A stretch of 64,000 nt of DNA from an uncultured Gammaproteobacteria bacterium (lineage in GTDB: Bacteria > Patescibacteriota > Microgenomatia > Levybacterales > UBA12049): contig CAZSWA010000002.1 in NCBI GenBank assembly GCA_964610465.1, positions 13,423-77,422 of the forward strand, written 5' to 3'. The first letter of the stretch is position 1, and each line of letters begins with the position of its first letter. Position numbers and translations under genes: made by a program. The notes below the pieces were generated by a model, which had not been told where the DNA came from, ran no database searches, and saw only the letters and a program-made list of their open reading frames with translations. This document shows positions 1 to 10,146 of this stretch, piece after piece.

Positions 1-2
1 AA

Positions 3-674
3 TTTATCAGTATTGCCTCACATGAACTAAAAACACCTGTAACCAGTATCAAAGTATTTATCAATATCTTACAAAAAATCATGAAACAAGAAGGGAATAC
101 AAAAATCCTTGAGTATCTGGAACGGATGAACAGACAAACTGATAAGCTTACAGGACTTGTGAAAGATCTGCTTGATTTATCAAGAATCCAAACTGGAAAA
201 TTTGAGTATAAAGAAGAACTCTTTTCTCTTGATGAATTGATAAAGGAGATTGTTGACTATATCCAACCAACTACCAGTAAACACAAAATAATAATAAGTA
301 ACGTGGAAAAGAAGAAAATTAAGGGAGATAGAGATAGAATAGGACAGGTAGTCATAAATTTACTCACCAATGCAATTAAATATTCACCAAAAGGAGGCCG
401 CATAACAGTATCTACCAAGACAAAAGACTCGCACATTACTGTTCGGGTTAAAGACCAAGGAATTGGAATAGATAAAAACCAGCAAAAGAAAATCTTTGAA
501 CGGTTTTATCAGGCAAATAGTACTGATTCAGGCTATCCAGGCCTTGGCATTGGGCTTTATATCTCAAGCGAAATTCTCAAACGTCATAACGGGAAAATCT
601 GGGTAAGAAGTACCACAGGTAAAGGCTCCTCGTTCTATTTCAGCTTACCTATAATTGATAAAGTTAAGAATTAA
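3..674 (+). CDS. Sensor histidine kinase, C-terminal part (5'-truncated by window edge)
   Basis: Frame is open from base 3: FISIASHELKTP (H-box), NLLTNAIKY (N-box), DQGIG, GLGIGL. Confidence 0.95.
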   Translation, partial: FISIASHELKTPVTSIKVFINILQKIMKQEGNTKILEYLERMNRQTDKLTGLVKDLLDLSRIQTGKFEYKEELFSLDELIKEIVDYIQPTTSKHKIIISNVEKKKIKGDRDRIGQVVINLLTNAIKYSPKGGRITVSTKTKDSHITVRVKDQGIGIDKNQQKKIFERFYQANSTDSGYPGLGIGLYISSEILKRHNGKIWVRSTTGKGSSFYFSLPIIDKVKN

Positions 675-845
675 AGAAGTTATACATAGCTTTTATAATC
701 CCGCTTAACCTCCTATATGCTAACTATGCACAATATTGTATGTATGTACTATTGAACCTATATTTGTTGCCTGCTGTGCATATTGTCCCTTTGCCAAAAT
801 ACCTCTTGCATATTATAAAGCCTTATAGTATAATACTATAACTAT

Positions 846-1817
846 ATGGAGAATTTAAAATATCTTTCTGTAATTTTAGCGTTATTTACCTTACTGCTTA
901 CTGCAGATCAGGTAGTTCCAGCGTATGCTACAAATAATAATAACGATGATGCCAAGGCTGAACAAAAAGTTGACATGCCTCAAATAGACTTCTCAAAGTT
1001 TGATAAAGAAGTAAAAGGAGCTCAAGACCTAAAAGACAACAATGTCCATATCGACGTAAATCTTGTTACCAAAGGAAATGACGATAAAAACCAAAATAAC
1101 GGTAAAGATAAAAATCCAGGTGGTTGTGACCAAAATGGTTCAACAGGTGATAAAAACGGTGCACCATGCAATCCTGGGAAAAATAATGCTTCACCAGAAG
1201 GATGCTTACATGGAGAACCTGATTGTACAAAAACACCTACACCTAAGCCAACTGATTGTCCACCGAAAGCAACTCCAACACCAACTTATAAACCAAAACC
1301 AACTGAAAAACCAACAATAACACCAAAACCGACTTCTACTCCAAAGCCGACTGATTGCCCGCCAAAGGTCACACCAACTCCTACTCATAAGCCAACGGAA
1401 ACTCCTACACCAAAACCAACTCATACGCCAACACCAACTGTAACTCCAACTGCTACACCAACAACATTGCCAACTGTTACACCAACTCCTACACAAGAAG
1501 TGGAAACCCAAACACCTATCGTAATAAATAACAACAATACCAATAATAATAATGTCACGATAAACAACGACTTTACCAATACCAACGAAAACACCAATAC
1601 AAATAACAACAATAATTCAGTTGAGGAAACTCCTACACAAACTCCAACTCCAACTCCACAAGGAAAGGTTTTGGGGGTATCAACTGAAAATCTTCCAAAC
1701 ACAGGTAATTTCTTACCAAATCTTGGAAAACTCTTCCAAGCATGGGCAGCATTTGCATTAGGATTAATAGCAATAACTCGTATACGAAAAAACAAAACAT
1801 TGGCAGAGGCGAGATAA
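846..1817 (+). CDS. Secreted Pro/Thr- and Asn-rich surface protein with LPXTG sorting signal
   Basis: N-terminal signal peptide, PT repeats, LPNTG + hydrophobic helix + basic tail (RIRKNK); adjacent sortase. Confidence 0.85.
   Translation: MENLKYLSVILALFTLLLTADQVVPAYATNNNNDDAKAEQKVDMPQIDFSKFDKEVKGAQDLKDNNVHIDVNLVTKGNDDKNQNNGKDKNPGGCDQNGSTGDKNGAPCNPGKNNASPEGCLHGEPDCTKTPTPKPTDCPPKATPTPTYKPKPTEKPTITPKPTSTPKPTDCPPKVTPTPTHKPTETPTPKPTHTPTPTVTPTATPTTLPTVTPTPTQEVETQTPIVINNNNTNNNNVTINNDFTNTNENTNTNNNNNSVEETPTQTPTPTPQGKVLGVSTENLPNTGNFLPNLGKLFQAWAAFALGLIAITRIRKNKTLAEAR
1228..1495 (+). repeat. Coding Pro-Thr tandem repeats including duplicated PKPTDCPPK(A/V)TPTPT(Y/H)KP
   Basis: Read directly from the translation. 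Confidence 0.85.
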
Positions 1818-1821
1818 TCTT

Positions 1822-2340
1822 ATGAAAACTCAACTTGCCCTTGTCTTTGGAAGCATCTTACTTCTTTCTTCTGGAATTCTTCTTCAATTTTCTGATACTT
1901 TTATCGATGCACCAAAAATTCCAGTTACCGTACAAGCACAGGTAACTAATTCATCTCCTGAAGAAGTTAAAATTCCATCAGTCAATATAGACCTATCCCT
2001 TGAACCAGGCGGATTTTATAATGGCAAATGGGTTTTATCGGAAACTACAGGAAATTTTATGCCGGTTAATGCGAATATTGCAGCTGGAGACGGATTTGTA
2101 GTCTATGCACACAAACGGGTAAATCTATTTATAAGTCTTAAGAATGTCAAAAAAGGCGATAAAATTATTGTTATGGATAATAAAAATAAAACATATACCT
2201 ATGATGTTTATAATCTGGAAGATATACGTGGAAATGAAGTAGGTAAAGTTGAATCAAATGAAAAAAATACCATTGTCCTTTTTACTTGTGATGGAGTGTT
2301 CGATGAAAAAAGACTTGTGGTAAGAGCAAAGAGAATCTAA
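1822..2340 (+). CDS. Sortase
   Basis: N-terminal TM; IPSVNID; catalytic His (YAHK), LFTC and RLVV motifs. Confidence 0.88.
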   Translation: MKTQLALVFGSILLLSSGILLQFSDTFIDAPKIPVTVQAQVTNSSPEEVKIPSVNIDLSLEPGGFYNGKWVLSETTGNFMPVNANIAAGDGFVVYAHKRVNLFISLKNVKKGDKIIVMDNKNKTYTYDVYNLEDIRGNEVGKVESNEKNTIVLFTCDGVFDEKRLVVRAKRI

Positions 2341-2358
2341 TAACCTGTATTTTTCCCA

Positions 2359-2429
2359 TTGACTCATTCATTTATTTCTGTTAAATTTAAATCCCAGAGC
2401 TCTATCCACTTATCCAGCTCTGTTTTTTT
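2359..2429 (+). promoter_or_regulatory. pyr operon promoter and leader with terminator-like hairpin
   Basis: TTGACT-17-TAAATT (extended TG), then CAGAGC...GCTCTG stem and T7 directly before the pyrB ATG. Confidence 0.6.
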
Positions 2430-3401
2430 ATGAGAGACTTAGGGTATACACCTATAGGCAATTCATTTAAAGGAAAAGATATCCTCTCAATTACTCAATT
2501 TGATGCAAAAAGCATCCACAAACTTTTCTCCTTTGTCCCCAAAATGGCAGATATTGCCAAGCATGCAAAAGCTTCTCATATTTTAGAAGGAAATATTGTA
2601 TCTATTCTTTTTTTTGAACCATCAAGCAGAACATTTAATTCATTTGCAGCAAGTGTCAAGCAGCTTGGCGGACAAACACTTGAACAGCAAAATCCTATGC
2701 AGTTTTCATCATTTGCCAAAGGTGAATCCCTTGAGGATGCAATAAAAGTATTTGAAGCCTACTGTGACGCAATAATACTCCGCCATCCGGAAGTAGGAAC
2801 AGCCAAGAAAGCAGCAGACGCTGCTTTTTTTGTACCTGTTATCAACGCAGGTGATGGGATAGGCGAGCATCCAACACAAGCATTACTTGATATGTATACT
2901 ATTTATGAAAAATTTGGCAGACTGGACAATCTCACAGGAGTACTTGCAGGTGATATGCTCAATGGCCGAACAGTACACTCATTAATTCAAGGATTATCAC
3001 AGTTTAGAAACAACACTCTCTATCTTTTGTCTCCTGAATCGCTAAAGCTTAAAGAAGATGACTTGCTTGAATTTCAAAACAGGGGAGTCAAACTTATTGA
3101 AATTGACAGTGAAAATGATATTCCAAAAGATAGTCATTTCTGGTATTGGACGAGAGTGCAAAAAGAACGTTTTTCAGACCCAAAAGAATATGAAAAAGTA
3201 AAACACGCATTTATTGTTACCCCAAAACTTCTTGAAGAATATGCGTCAAAACATATGATTCTTATGCATCCTTTGCCAAGAGTTGGAGAAATAAGTACAG
3301 CTGTTGATAGTGATACTCGTTCTGTATATTTGACAACTCAAATCAGAAACGGAATGTATGTACGAATGGCACTCCTGGGCTTGGTGCTAGGCAAACTGTA
3401 A
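2430..3401 (+). CDS. pyrB: Aspartate carbamoyltransferase
   Basis: FFEPSSRT, NAGDG..EHPTQ, TRVQKER, HPLP motifs. Confidence 0.97.
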   Translation: MRDLGYTPIGNSFKGKDILSITQFDAKSIHKLFSFVPKMADIAKHAKASHILEGNIVSILFFEPSSRTFNSFAASVKQLGGQTLEQQNPMQFSSFAKGESLEDAIKVFEAYCDAIILRHPEVGTAKKAADAAFFVPVINAGDGIGEHPTQALLDMYTIYEKFGRLDNLTGVLAGDMLNGRTVHSLIQGLSQFRNNTLYLLSPESLKLKEDDLLEFQNRGVKLIEIDSENDIPKDSHFWYWTRVQKERFSDPKEYEKVKHAFIVTPKLLEEYASKHMILMHPLPRVGEISTAVDSDTRSVYLTTQIRNGMYVRMALLGLVLGKL

Positions 3402-3429
3402 ATCTTTTAAGAAAGAAGTTTTTAATAAT

Positions 3430-4524
3430 ATGGTGGGAAAACTTATTCTGCAAGACGGAACCTCAATTGAAGGACAAAGCTTTGGCGCAACGATAGCTAG
3501 CGCAGGTGAAGCAGTATTTTCAACCGGTATGGTCGGATACCCGGAAAGTCTCACTGATCCATCTTATAAAGGGCAATTGCTTATCCTAACTTATCCATTA
3601 GTTGGAAATTATGGAGTCCCAAATAAAAAACTATGGGAATCAAATAATCTTATGGTTTCAGGTCTCATAGTTAATAACTATATTGATACTCCTTCACATT
3701 TTCTAAGTGCAAGAACTCTTGCTCAGTGGTTTCAAAACGAAGGTATTCCGCTTATACAGGTAGCAGACACACGAATGCTAACCCAAAAGATACGGGATGA
3801 AGGCAACAAACTTGCAAAAATAGTTTTTGATAAAGATATTACGTATTATGACCCAAATCAGGAAAATCTTGTCGCTCAAGTATCAACGAAAGAAATTATT
3901 TTCAATCCTGCACCTGCGTCCAACGGAAAAACAAAAACGATTTTACTTATTGATTGCGGAGCGAAGAAAAATATTGAACGGGAGCTTCTTAAACGAAATG
4001 TAAATGTAATAACAGTTCCATGGGATTTTAATCCTTTTTCATCAAAAGGAGAAAATGTGCTTAAAGAACTTACTGGCAAAGAACACTTTGATGGCATACT
4101 TGTATCCAATGGTCCAGGCGATCCAAAATTTGCACAAAAAACAATTCAAACAATTAAAAAAGCACTAGATCTCAAAATTCCTGTTCTTGGAATTTGTCTT
4201 GGACATCAACTTTTAAGCCTTGCAGCAGGCGGAGATACGAAAAAACTAAAATACGGACACAGAAGCCAAAATCAACCATGTATTATGGAAGGAAGCAGCA
4301 GATGTTTTATTACGACGCAAAATCATGGATTTGCCGTTTTTGAAATTCCGGATGGGTTTAAGACCTGGTTTACCAATGCCAATGATGGATCAAATGAAGG
4401 CGTAATTCATACCAAATTGCCTTTTATGTCAGTACAATTTCATCCTGAAGCAACACCTGGCCCTGTTGATGCAGATTGGATATTTGATTATTTCTTGAAA
4501 CGAATTGGAAATCAGGAATTATGA
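3430..4524 (+). CDS. carA: Carbamoyl-phosphate synthase small subunit
   Basis: TGMVGYPESLTDPSY, SNGPGDP, GICLGHQ, QFHPE. Confidence 0.97.
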   Translation: MVGKLILQDGTSIEGQSFGATIASAGEAVFSTGMVGYPESLTDPSYKGQLLILTYPLVGNYGVPNKKLWESNNLMVSGLIVNNYIDTPSHFLSARTLAQWFQNEGIPLIQVADTRMLTQKIRDEGNKLAKIVFDKDITYYDPNQENLVAQVSTKEIIFNPAPASNGKTKTILLIDCGAKKNIERELLKRNVNVITVPWDFNPFSSKGENVLKELTGKEHFDGILVSNGPGDPKFAQKTIQTIKKALDLKIPVLGICLGHQLLSLAAGGDTKKLKYGHRSQNQPCIMEGSSRCFITTQNHGFAVFEIPDGFKTWFTNANDGSNEGVIHTKLPFMSVQFHPEATPGPVDADWIFDYFLKRIGNQEL

Positions 4525-4560
4525 ATCAAACCATGATTCCTTATTCATGATTCAAAAGCT

Positions 4561-7500
4561 ATGAAACAAATGAAAAACGAAAAAAAGTTTCAAAAGGTAT
4601 TAGTTCTTGGTTCCGGTGCACTCAAAATAGGGGAGGCAGGAGAGTTTGATTATTCTGGCTCTCAGGCAATAAAAGCAATGAAAGAAGAGGGGATACAAAC
4701 AGTATTGGTCAATCCCAATATCGCAACTATACAAACTTCAAAATTTCTTGCTGACTCAGTGTATTTTCTGCCGGTCAATGAATTTTTTGTTACAAAAGTG
4801 ATAGAAAAGGAAAAACCTGATGGCATTCTCTTATCTTTTGGCGGACAGACAGCACTAAATTGCGGTATTCAACTGTACAAAAAGAAAATTCTTGAGAGAA
4901 ATGGCATCGAAATTTTGGGAACTCCCATGTCTGCAATTCTTTTGTCAGAAGACAGAAAAAAATTTGCCAATCATCTGCACAAACTTAATGTCTCAACACC
5001 AATCAGTAAAACTGCATATAAAACAAGAGAGGCTTTAGAAATTGCACAGGGATTAGGCTATCCGGTTATGGTACGTGCAGGATTTGCGCTTGGAGGACAG
5101 GGATCTGGTATTGCACAAAATGAGGAGCATCTAAAACAAATTGCTGACCATGCGTTTTCATTTGTACCCCAAATTCTGGTTGAAAAATATCTGCATCACT
5201 ATAAAGAAGTTGAATATGAAGTAGTCAGAGATAAATATGACAACTGTATTACAGTCTGCAATATGGAGAATATGGACCCGCTTGGAATTCATACTGGTGA
5301 ATCAATTGTTATTGCTCCAAGCCAAACGCTTACCAATTTTGAATATCATACCCTTCGCAATATTTCTATCAAAATTGTAAAAAGTCTTGGGATAGTAGGC
5401 GAGTGCAATGTACAGTTTGCGTTGAATCCGCGTCCACAAAATGATACTTCAATTGAGTATTACGTAATAGAACTGAATGCACGGCTTTCAAGAAGTTCAG
5501 CACTTGCTAGTAAAGCAACCGGATATCCTTTGGCATATGTTGCAGCCAAGTTGGCTCTTGGAAAGAATCTTACCCAATTGCAAAATAAAGTCACCAAAGC
5601 AACCCAATTTTGTTTTGAGCCTGCACTCGATTATGTCACTGTCAAAATTCCAAGATGGGATATTGAAAAATTCAAAGGTGCAGAAGAAACTATCGGCAGC
5701 AGCATGAAATCAGTTGGAGAAGTAATGGGAATCGGACGAACTTTTGAAGAAGCATATCAGAAGGCGCTTCGAATGCTGGATTTAAATTTTGAAGGAGCAG
5801 TTAATGAAAAAGTATTTCAAAAGAATGGAGAAAAAATCACCCATCTTCTTGGAAGACCAACTCCCAAACGTATGTTTGCAATAGCCAAGGCATTGATGGA
5901 AGGAGTAAGTGTTGAAGAAATCTATGATATCACTGGCATTGATCCGTGGTTTATCTATAGAATCAAAAATATTGTAGAAGAAGAAAAGAAATTAACCATG
6001 TCATCTCGAAAAGTTCTGCAAAGCAGAACGACGAGAGATCCCCTACACCCAAGTAGCATGCATGAGATTTCTCCCCACACTCGGCGGGGTCGAAATGACA
6101 CAATAACAAAATCCCATCTTCTTCACCTTAAGCAGCTTGGTTTTTCTGACAAAAGAATAGGATTTCTCTTAGGAGTATCTGAGCTTGAAATACGAAGTTT
6201 GAGGAAAAAATATGAAGTTATCCCTTCCATATTTCAAATTGATACGTTGGCTGGAGAATTTCCTGCTCAAACTAATTATCTCTACCTCACTTATAATGGT
6301 GCTCATAATGATGTGAAACCTACCAATCAGCAAGGAGTCATTGTCTTAGGTTCTGGACCATATAGAATTGGTTCATCGGTTGAGTTTGACTGGACAAGTG
6401 TCAACACAGTTATGTCCCTAAAAAAACATGGGAAAAAATCAATCATTATCAATTGCAACCCCGAAACTGTTTCAACTGATTATGATATTTCTGATAGATT
6501 GTATTTTGAAGAATTGACCTTTGAACGTATTGCTGATGTGTATGACTTTGAAAATCCCTATGGAGTTATTATTTCAGTTGGTGGACAAACACCAAACAAC
6601 AGAGCAATGCCATTAAAAAAATATGGATGCAATATACTAGGAACTGACCCTTATGATATTGATAGAGCAGAAGATAGGAATAAATTTTCAGCACTTCTTG
6701 ATACACTTGGTATTAAGCAGCCTTCCTGGAATAAGTTTAATAATATTGATGAAGCGCTCAAATTTGCTGAGAAAGTCGGCTTTCCTGTTCTTATTCGTCC
6801 ATCCTATGTATTATCTGGAAGTAACATGAAAATTTGTCACAATCCTGCAGAACTTATGCAATATCTTGAGCAAGTCTCAACAATTTCTCAGGAGTATCCT
6901 ATCACTGTCTCAAAGTTTATACGTGATGCCAAAGAAATCGAGATAGATGGTGTTTCTGAAAAAGGAATTGTGAAAGCAATTGTTATCTCAGAACATATCG
7001 AAAATGCAGGTGTTCATTCAGGAGACGCGTCAATTCTGCTTCCACCGCAAAAACTCTATATTGCAACACTTCGGAAATTAAGAATCATTGCTGCTGATGT
7101 GGCAGAAGCGCTCAACATCACAGGACCATTTAATATCCAGTGTCTTGCCAAAGACAATCAGGTTTCAGTTATTGAAATCAATCTTCGCGCCTCCCGCACA
7201 TTACCGTTTATTTCGAAAGTAACAGGAGTGAATTTTATTGAGATGGCAACAGATGCGTTTTTCCATAAAAATATAAAACCTTTATCAATCAATTTCCTTG
7301 ACTACAATTATGTTGCAGCAAAAGTCGCACAGTTCTCCTTTGCTCGTTTAACTGGAGCAGACCCTGTGCTTGATGTTGAAATGGCATCAACAGGAGAAGT
7401 TGCCTGCTTTGGCGAAGATGCGGAAGAAGCATTTCTCAAAGCAGAATTAAGTGTGGGAGGCCATATACCACAAAAAGGAGTCTTTGTAAGTCTTGGCGGA

Positions 7501-7950
7501 GATATAAATAAAGTAAAATTCCTGGAAAGCGCAAGAAGATTACAAATACTTGGGCTCCCTATATATGCAACTGAAAAAACTGCCAAATATCTTAAAAAAA
7601 ATGGAATTCAAGTAAAACGCTTGTATAAATTGCATGAACAAAAAACTCCAAACATTTTACAGTACTTTCAGAAAGGCAAAGTTGACCTTGCAATTAATAT
7701 TACAGATAAAGATATAAAAAAAGAAGTGAATGATGACTATGCGATTCGTAGAACTGCAGTGGATTTAAATATCCCGCTTTTTACCAATCCGCAAAAAGCA
7801 GCACTTTTTATCAAAGCACTGTCTGAAAAAAATCTGCTACATCTTCCTATCAAGTCATGGGATCAATATCTCAATAATGAAAAAGCATCTAAAAAAATAA
7901 AAAAAGCTCCACAGATTGCAGAATTAATCACAACAAAAACCGATCTATAA
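4561..7950 (+). CDS. carB: Carbamoyl-phosphate synthase large subunit (with ~34-aa repeat-derived insertion)
   Basis: GEFDYSG, two ATP-grasp halves, NPETVSTDYD, C-terminal MGS domain. Confidence 0.97.
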   Translation: MKQMKNEKKFQKVLVLGSGALKIGEAGEFDYSGSQAIKAMKEEGIQTVLVNPNIATIQTSKFLADSVYFLPVNEFFVTKVIEKEKPDGILLSFGGQTALNCGIQLYKKKILERNGIEILGTPMSAILLSEDRKKFANHLHKLNVSTPISKTAYKTREALEIAQGLGYPVMVRAGFALGGQGSGIAQNEEHLKQIADHAFSFVPQILVEKYLHHYKEVEYEVVRDKYDNCITVCNMENMDPLGIHTGESIVIAPSQTLTNFEYHTLRNISIKIVKSLGIVGECNVQFALNPRPQNDTSIEYYVIELNARLSRSSALASKATGYPLAYVAAKLALGKNLTQLQNKVTKATQFCFEPALDYVTVKIPRWDIEKFKGAEETIGSSMKSVGEVMGIGRTFEEAYQKALRMLDLNFEGAVNEKVFQKNGEKITHLLGRPTPKRMFAIAKALMEGVSVEEIYDITGIDPWFIYRIKNIVEEEKKLTMSSRKVLQSRTTRDPLHPSSMHEISPHTRRGRNDTITKSHLLHLKQLGFSDKRIGFLLGVSELEIRSLRKKYEVIPSIFQIDTLAGEFPAQTNYLYLTYNGAHNDVKPTNQQGVIVLGSGPYRIGSSVEFDWTSVNTVMSLKKHGKKSIIINCNPETVSTDYDISDRLYFEELTFERIADVYDFENPYGVIISVGGQTPNNRAMPLKKYGCNILGTDPYDIDRAEDRNKFSALLDTLGIKQPSWNKFNNIDEALKFAEKVGFPVLIRPSYVLSGSNMKICHNPAELMQYLEQVSTISQEYPITVSKFIRDAKEIEIDGVSEKGIVKAIVISEHIENAGVHSGDASILLPPQKLYIATLRKLRIIAADVAEALNITGPFNIQCLAKDNQVSVIEINLRASRTLPFISKVTGVNFIEMATDAFFHKNIKPLSINFLDYNYVAAKVAQFSFARLTGADPVLDVEMASTGEVACFGEDAEEAFLKAELSVGGHIPQKGVFVSLGGDINKVKFLESARRLQILGLPIYATEKTAKYLKKNGIQVKRLYKLHEQKTPNILQYFQKGKVDLAINITDKDIKKEVNDDYAIRRTAVDLNIPLFTNPQKAALFIKALSEKNLLHLPIKSWDQYLNNEKASKKIKKAPQIAELITTKTDL
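5999..6100. repeat. 102-bp palindromic (REP/RPE-like) element in frame within carB
   Basis: Terminal IR TGTCATCTCGA...TCGAAATGACA; inner hairpin GTTCTGC-AAA-GCAGAAC; GC-rich compared with flanks. Confidence 0.8.
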
Positions 7951-7954
7951 ACGC

Positions 7955-9007
7955 ATGAGATTATTTACCTTACCAGGACTTATTGACCCACATGTGCATT
8001 TTCGCACTCCTGGCCAAACTCATAAAGAAGATTTTTTTACTGGAACCTCTGCCGCCCTTGCCGGAGGTTATACCACAGTAATTGACATGCCAAACAATCT
8101 TCAGCTAATCACTACAGAAGAGCGACTCAAAGAGAAAATTGCATTAGCAAAAGAGCAAGCCGTAGGTGATATAGGTTTTTACTTTGGATCGCTTGGGGAA
8201 AATTTTGCTGAGTTTCGCAAAGTGCAGAATAAAGTATTGGGACTTAAAATCTATCTTAATCAAACAACTGGCGGTTTTATTGTTGATGAAAATGTTTTCA
8301 GAAAAATCTGTGAAGCCTGGCCCAAACAACATCCAATTCTTGTCCATGCGGAAGCTGATGTTATTGCGCAAATTATCGAAATCGCTCATGAAACCAGGCA
8401 AAAACTACATATTGCACATGTAAGCTCAGAAGATGAACTGCAAACCATCATAACTGCGAAAGAAAAAGGACAGCTAGTTACCTGTGGAGTAACTCCGCAC
8501 CACTTATTTCTTACCTCAGATGATGAAAAATATCTGGGAAGTTTTGCCAAAATGAAACCAACTCTTAAATCAAAAAAAGATGTTGCATTTTTATGGAAAC
8601 ATCTTAAGTCAATTGACATAATTGAATCAGATCATGCTCCTCATACCAAAGAAGAAAAGCTATCAGAAATCTCGCCATTTGGTGTACCAGGACTTGAGAC
8701 AACGCTACCATTACTTTTGACCAGTATGCATCAGAGGAAAATTATGCTGGAAGGAATTATACAATTATGTTTTACAAATCCATCAAAAATATTTGGTATT
8801 AAACAAGATAAAGAAACAAAAATTGAAATAGATTCAACGCAAGAGTGGGAACTAAAAAATGAAAATCTTTTTACCAAATGCAAATGGTCACCTTTCAATG
8901 GCTGGAAAATGAAAGGAAAAGTCAAACGGGTATTCCTAAGAGGTACAAAAGTATTTGAAAATGATACAATGCTTGTTAAACCAGGATTTGGAAAGATAGT
9001 TTCTTAG
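7955..9007 (+). CDS. pyrC: Dihydroorotase
   Basis: PGLIDPHVHFR, DMPN, TPHHL, SDHAPH. Confidence 0.95.
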   Translation: MRLFTLPGLIDPHVHFRTPGQTHKEDFFTGTSAALAGGYTTVIDMPNNLQLITTEERLKEKIALAKEQAVGDIGFYFGSLGENFAEFRKVQNKVLGLKIYLNQTTGGFIVDENVFRKICEAWPKQHPILVHAEADVIAQIIEIAHETRQKLHIAHVSSEDELQTIITAKEKGQLVTCGVTPHHLFLTSDDEKYLGSFAKMKPTLKSKKDVAFLWKHLKSIDIIESDHAPHTKEEKLSEISPFGVPGLETTLPLLLTSMHQRKIMLEGIIQLCFTNPSKIFGIKQDKETKIEIDSTQEWELKNENLFTKCKWSPFNGWKMKGKVKRVFLRGTKVFENDTMLVKPGFGKIVS

Positions 9008-9023
9008 ATAATTATTTAATTAT

Positions 9024-9049
9024 TGTCATTCCCGACTTGATCGGGAATC
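9024..9049. repeat. Short palindromic repeat TGTCATTCCCGA-CTTGA-TCGGGAATC
   Basis: ATTCCCGA/TCGGGAAT stem; starts with GTCAT like the carB and prfA elements. Confidence 0.7.
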
Positions 9050-9057
9050 TATACAAC

Positions 9058-10146
9058 ATGAATATTGCTCCTTTTTATAATCCAAATAAAACTTACGAAG
9101 AAAATTTTAATGAAGGTCCTTTTGGCGCGTTTGCAGATTAAAAAATCTATAAAGACAAAGGAGAACCAAAATATAAAGTCTTTGGAATCCCTGTGCATCT
9201 CCCATTTGGTATTCCTGCAGGTCCACTTCTCAATGGCAAATTTGTTAAAGCTGCACTGGATAAAGGATTTGATATTGTTGTCTACAAAACCGTTCGAACC
9301 CGCAAATATCCATGCGCTCCCTGGCCAAATGTACTTGCTATCAGGGTAAAAGACAAAATTACACTTGAAATGGCAGACAAAGGAGTGCTTGCTGATACAC
9401 AGTACCAAGAACCGCTTTCTATCACTAACTCTTTTGGAGTCCCGTCGTTTGAGCCGGACTTTTGGCAAAAAGATATGGCAGATACAGTAAAGTATGCCAA
9501 AGAAGGACAAATAATTGTAGGAAGTTTTCAGGGAACAACCACTCCCGATGGAAATATAAAAGAGTATATAAAAGATTTTGTGCTTGCTGCCAAACTCGTG
9601 AAAGAAACAGGAGCCAAAATTCTTGAAGCAAATCTCAGCTGTCCCAATGAAAGCACTTCTCATTTACTTTGTTTTGATATTGAGCGGACAAAAGAAATTG
9701 TAGAGGCGATTAAAAACGAAATTGGAAATACACCGCTCGTAATAAAAGTTGCTTATTTCCAAGATGTCGTAGCGTTTCGAAAACTCGTACAAGAAGTAGG
9801 GAATATCGTTGATGGAATCTCAACCATCAATACTATTCCTGCTAAGATTTACAAAGACAAAGAACATACAACGCAAGCATTACCTGGAAATAATCGTTTG
9901 GTAAGCGGCACATGCGGACATGCTATCAAATGGGCAGGACTTGAAAGTGTAAAAAGACTAAAACAACTTCATGAAGAGTTGAGAATGTCCTACACCATAT
10001 TTGGAGTCGGCGGAGTAACTGTTCCTGAAGATTATTTTGAATATAAAAAGGCAGGTGCCGATGTAGTAATGAGCGCAACTGGCGCTATGTGGAATCCACA
10101 TCTGGCAAAGGAAACGAAACAAAAAGCACTTAGTACTTATGACTAA
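9058..10146 (+). pseudogene. pyrD: Dihydroorotate dehydrogenase with in-frame TAA at 9139-9141 (possible shorter CDS from GTG 9193)
   Basis: ATG 9058 reads MNIAPFYNPNKTYEENFNEGPFGAFAD*KIYK.. in frame with PFGIPAGP, YKT, NSFG, NLSCPN, GVGG; position within the pyr operon. Confidence 0.75.

Noticed and set aside
1063-1833. Alternative-frame and antisense ORFs over the LPXTG gene, and similar shadows elsewhere
   Set aside because: By-products of low-complexity or codon-biased coding sequence inside well-supported genes
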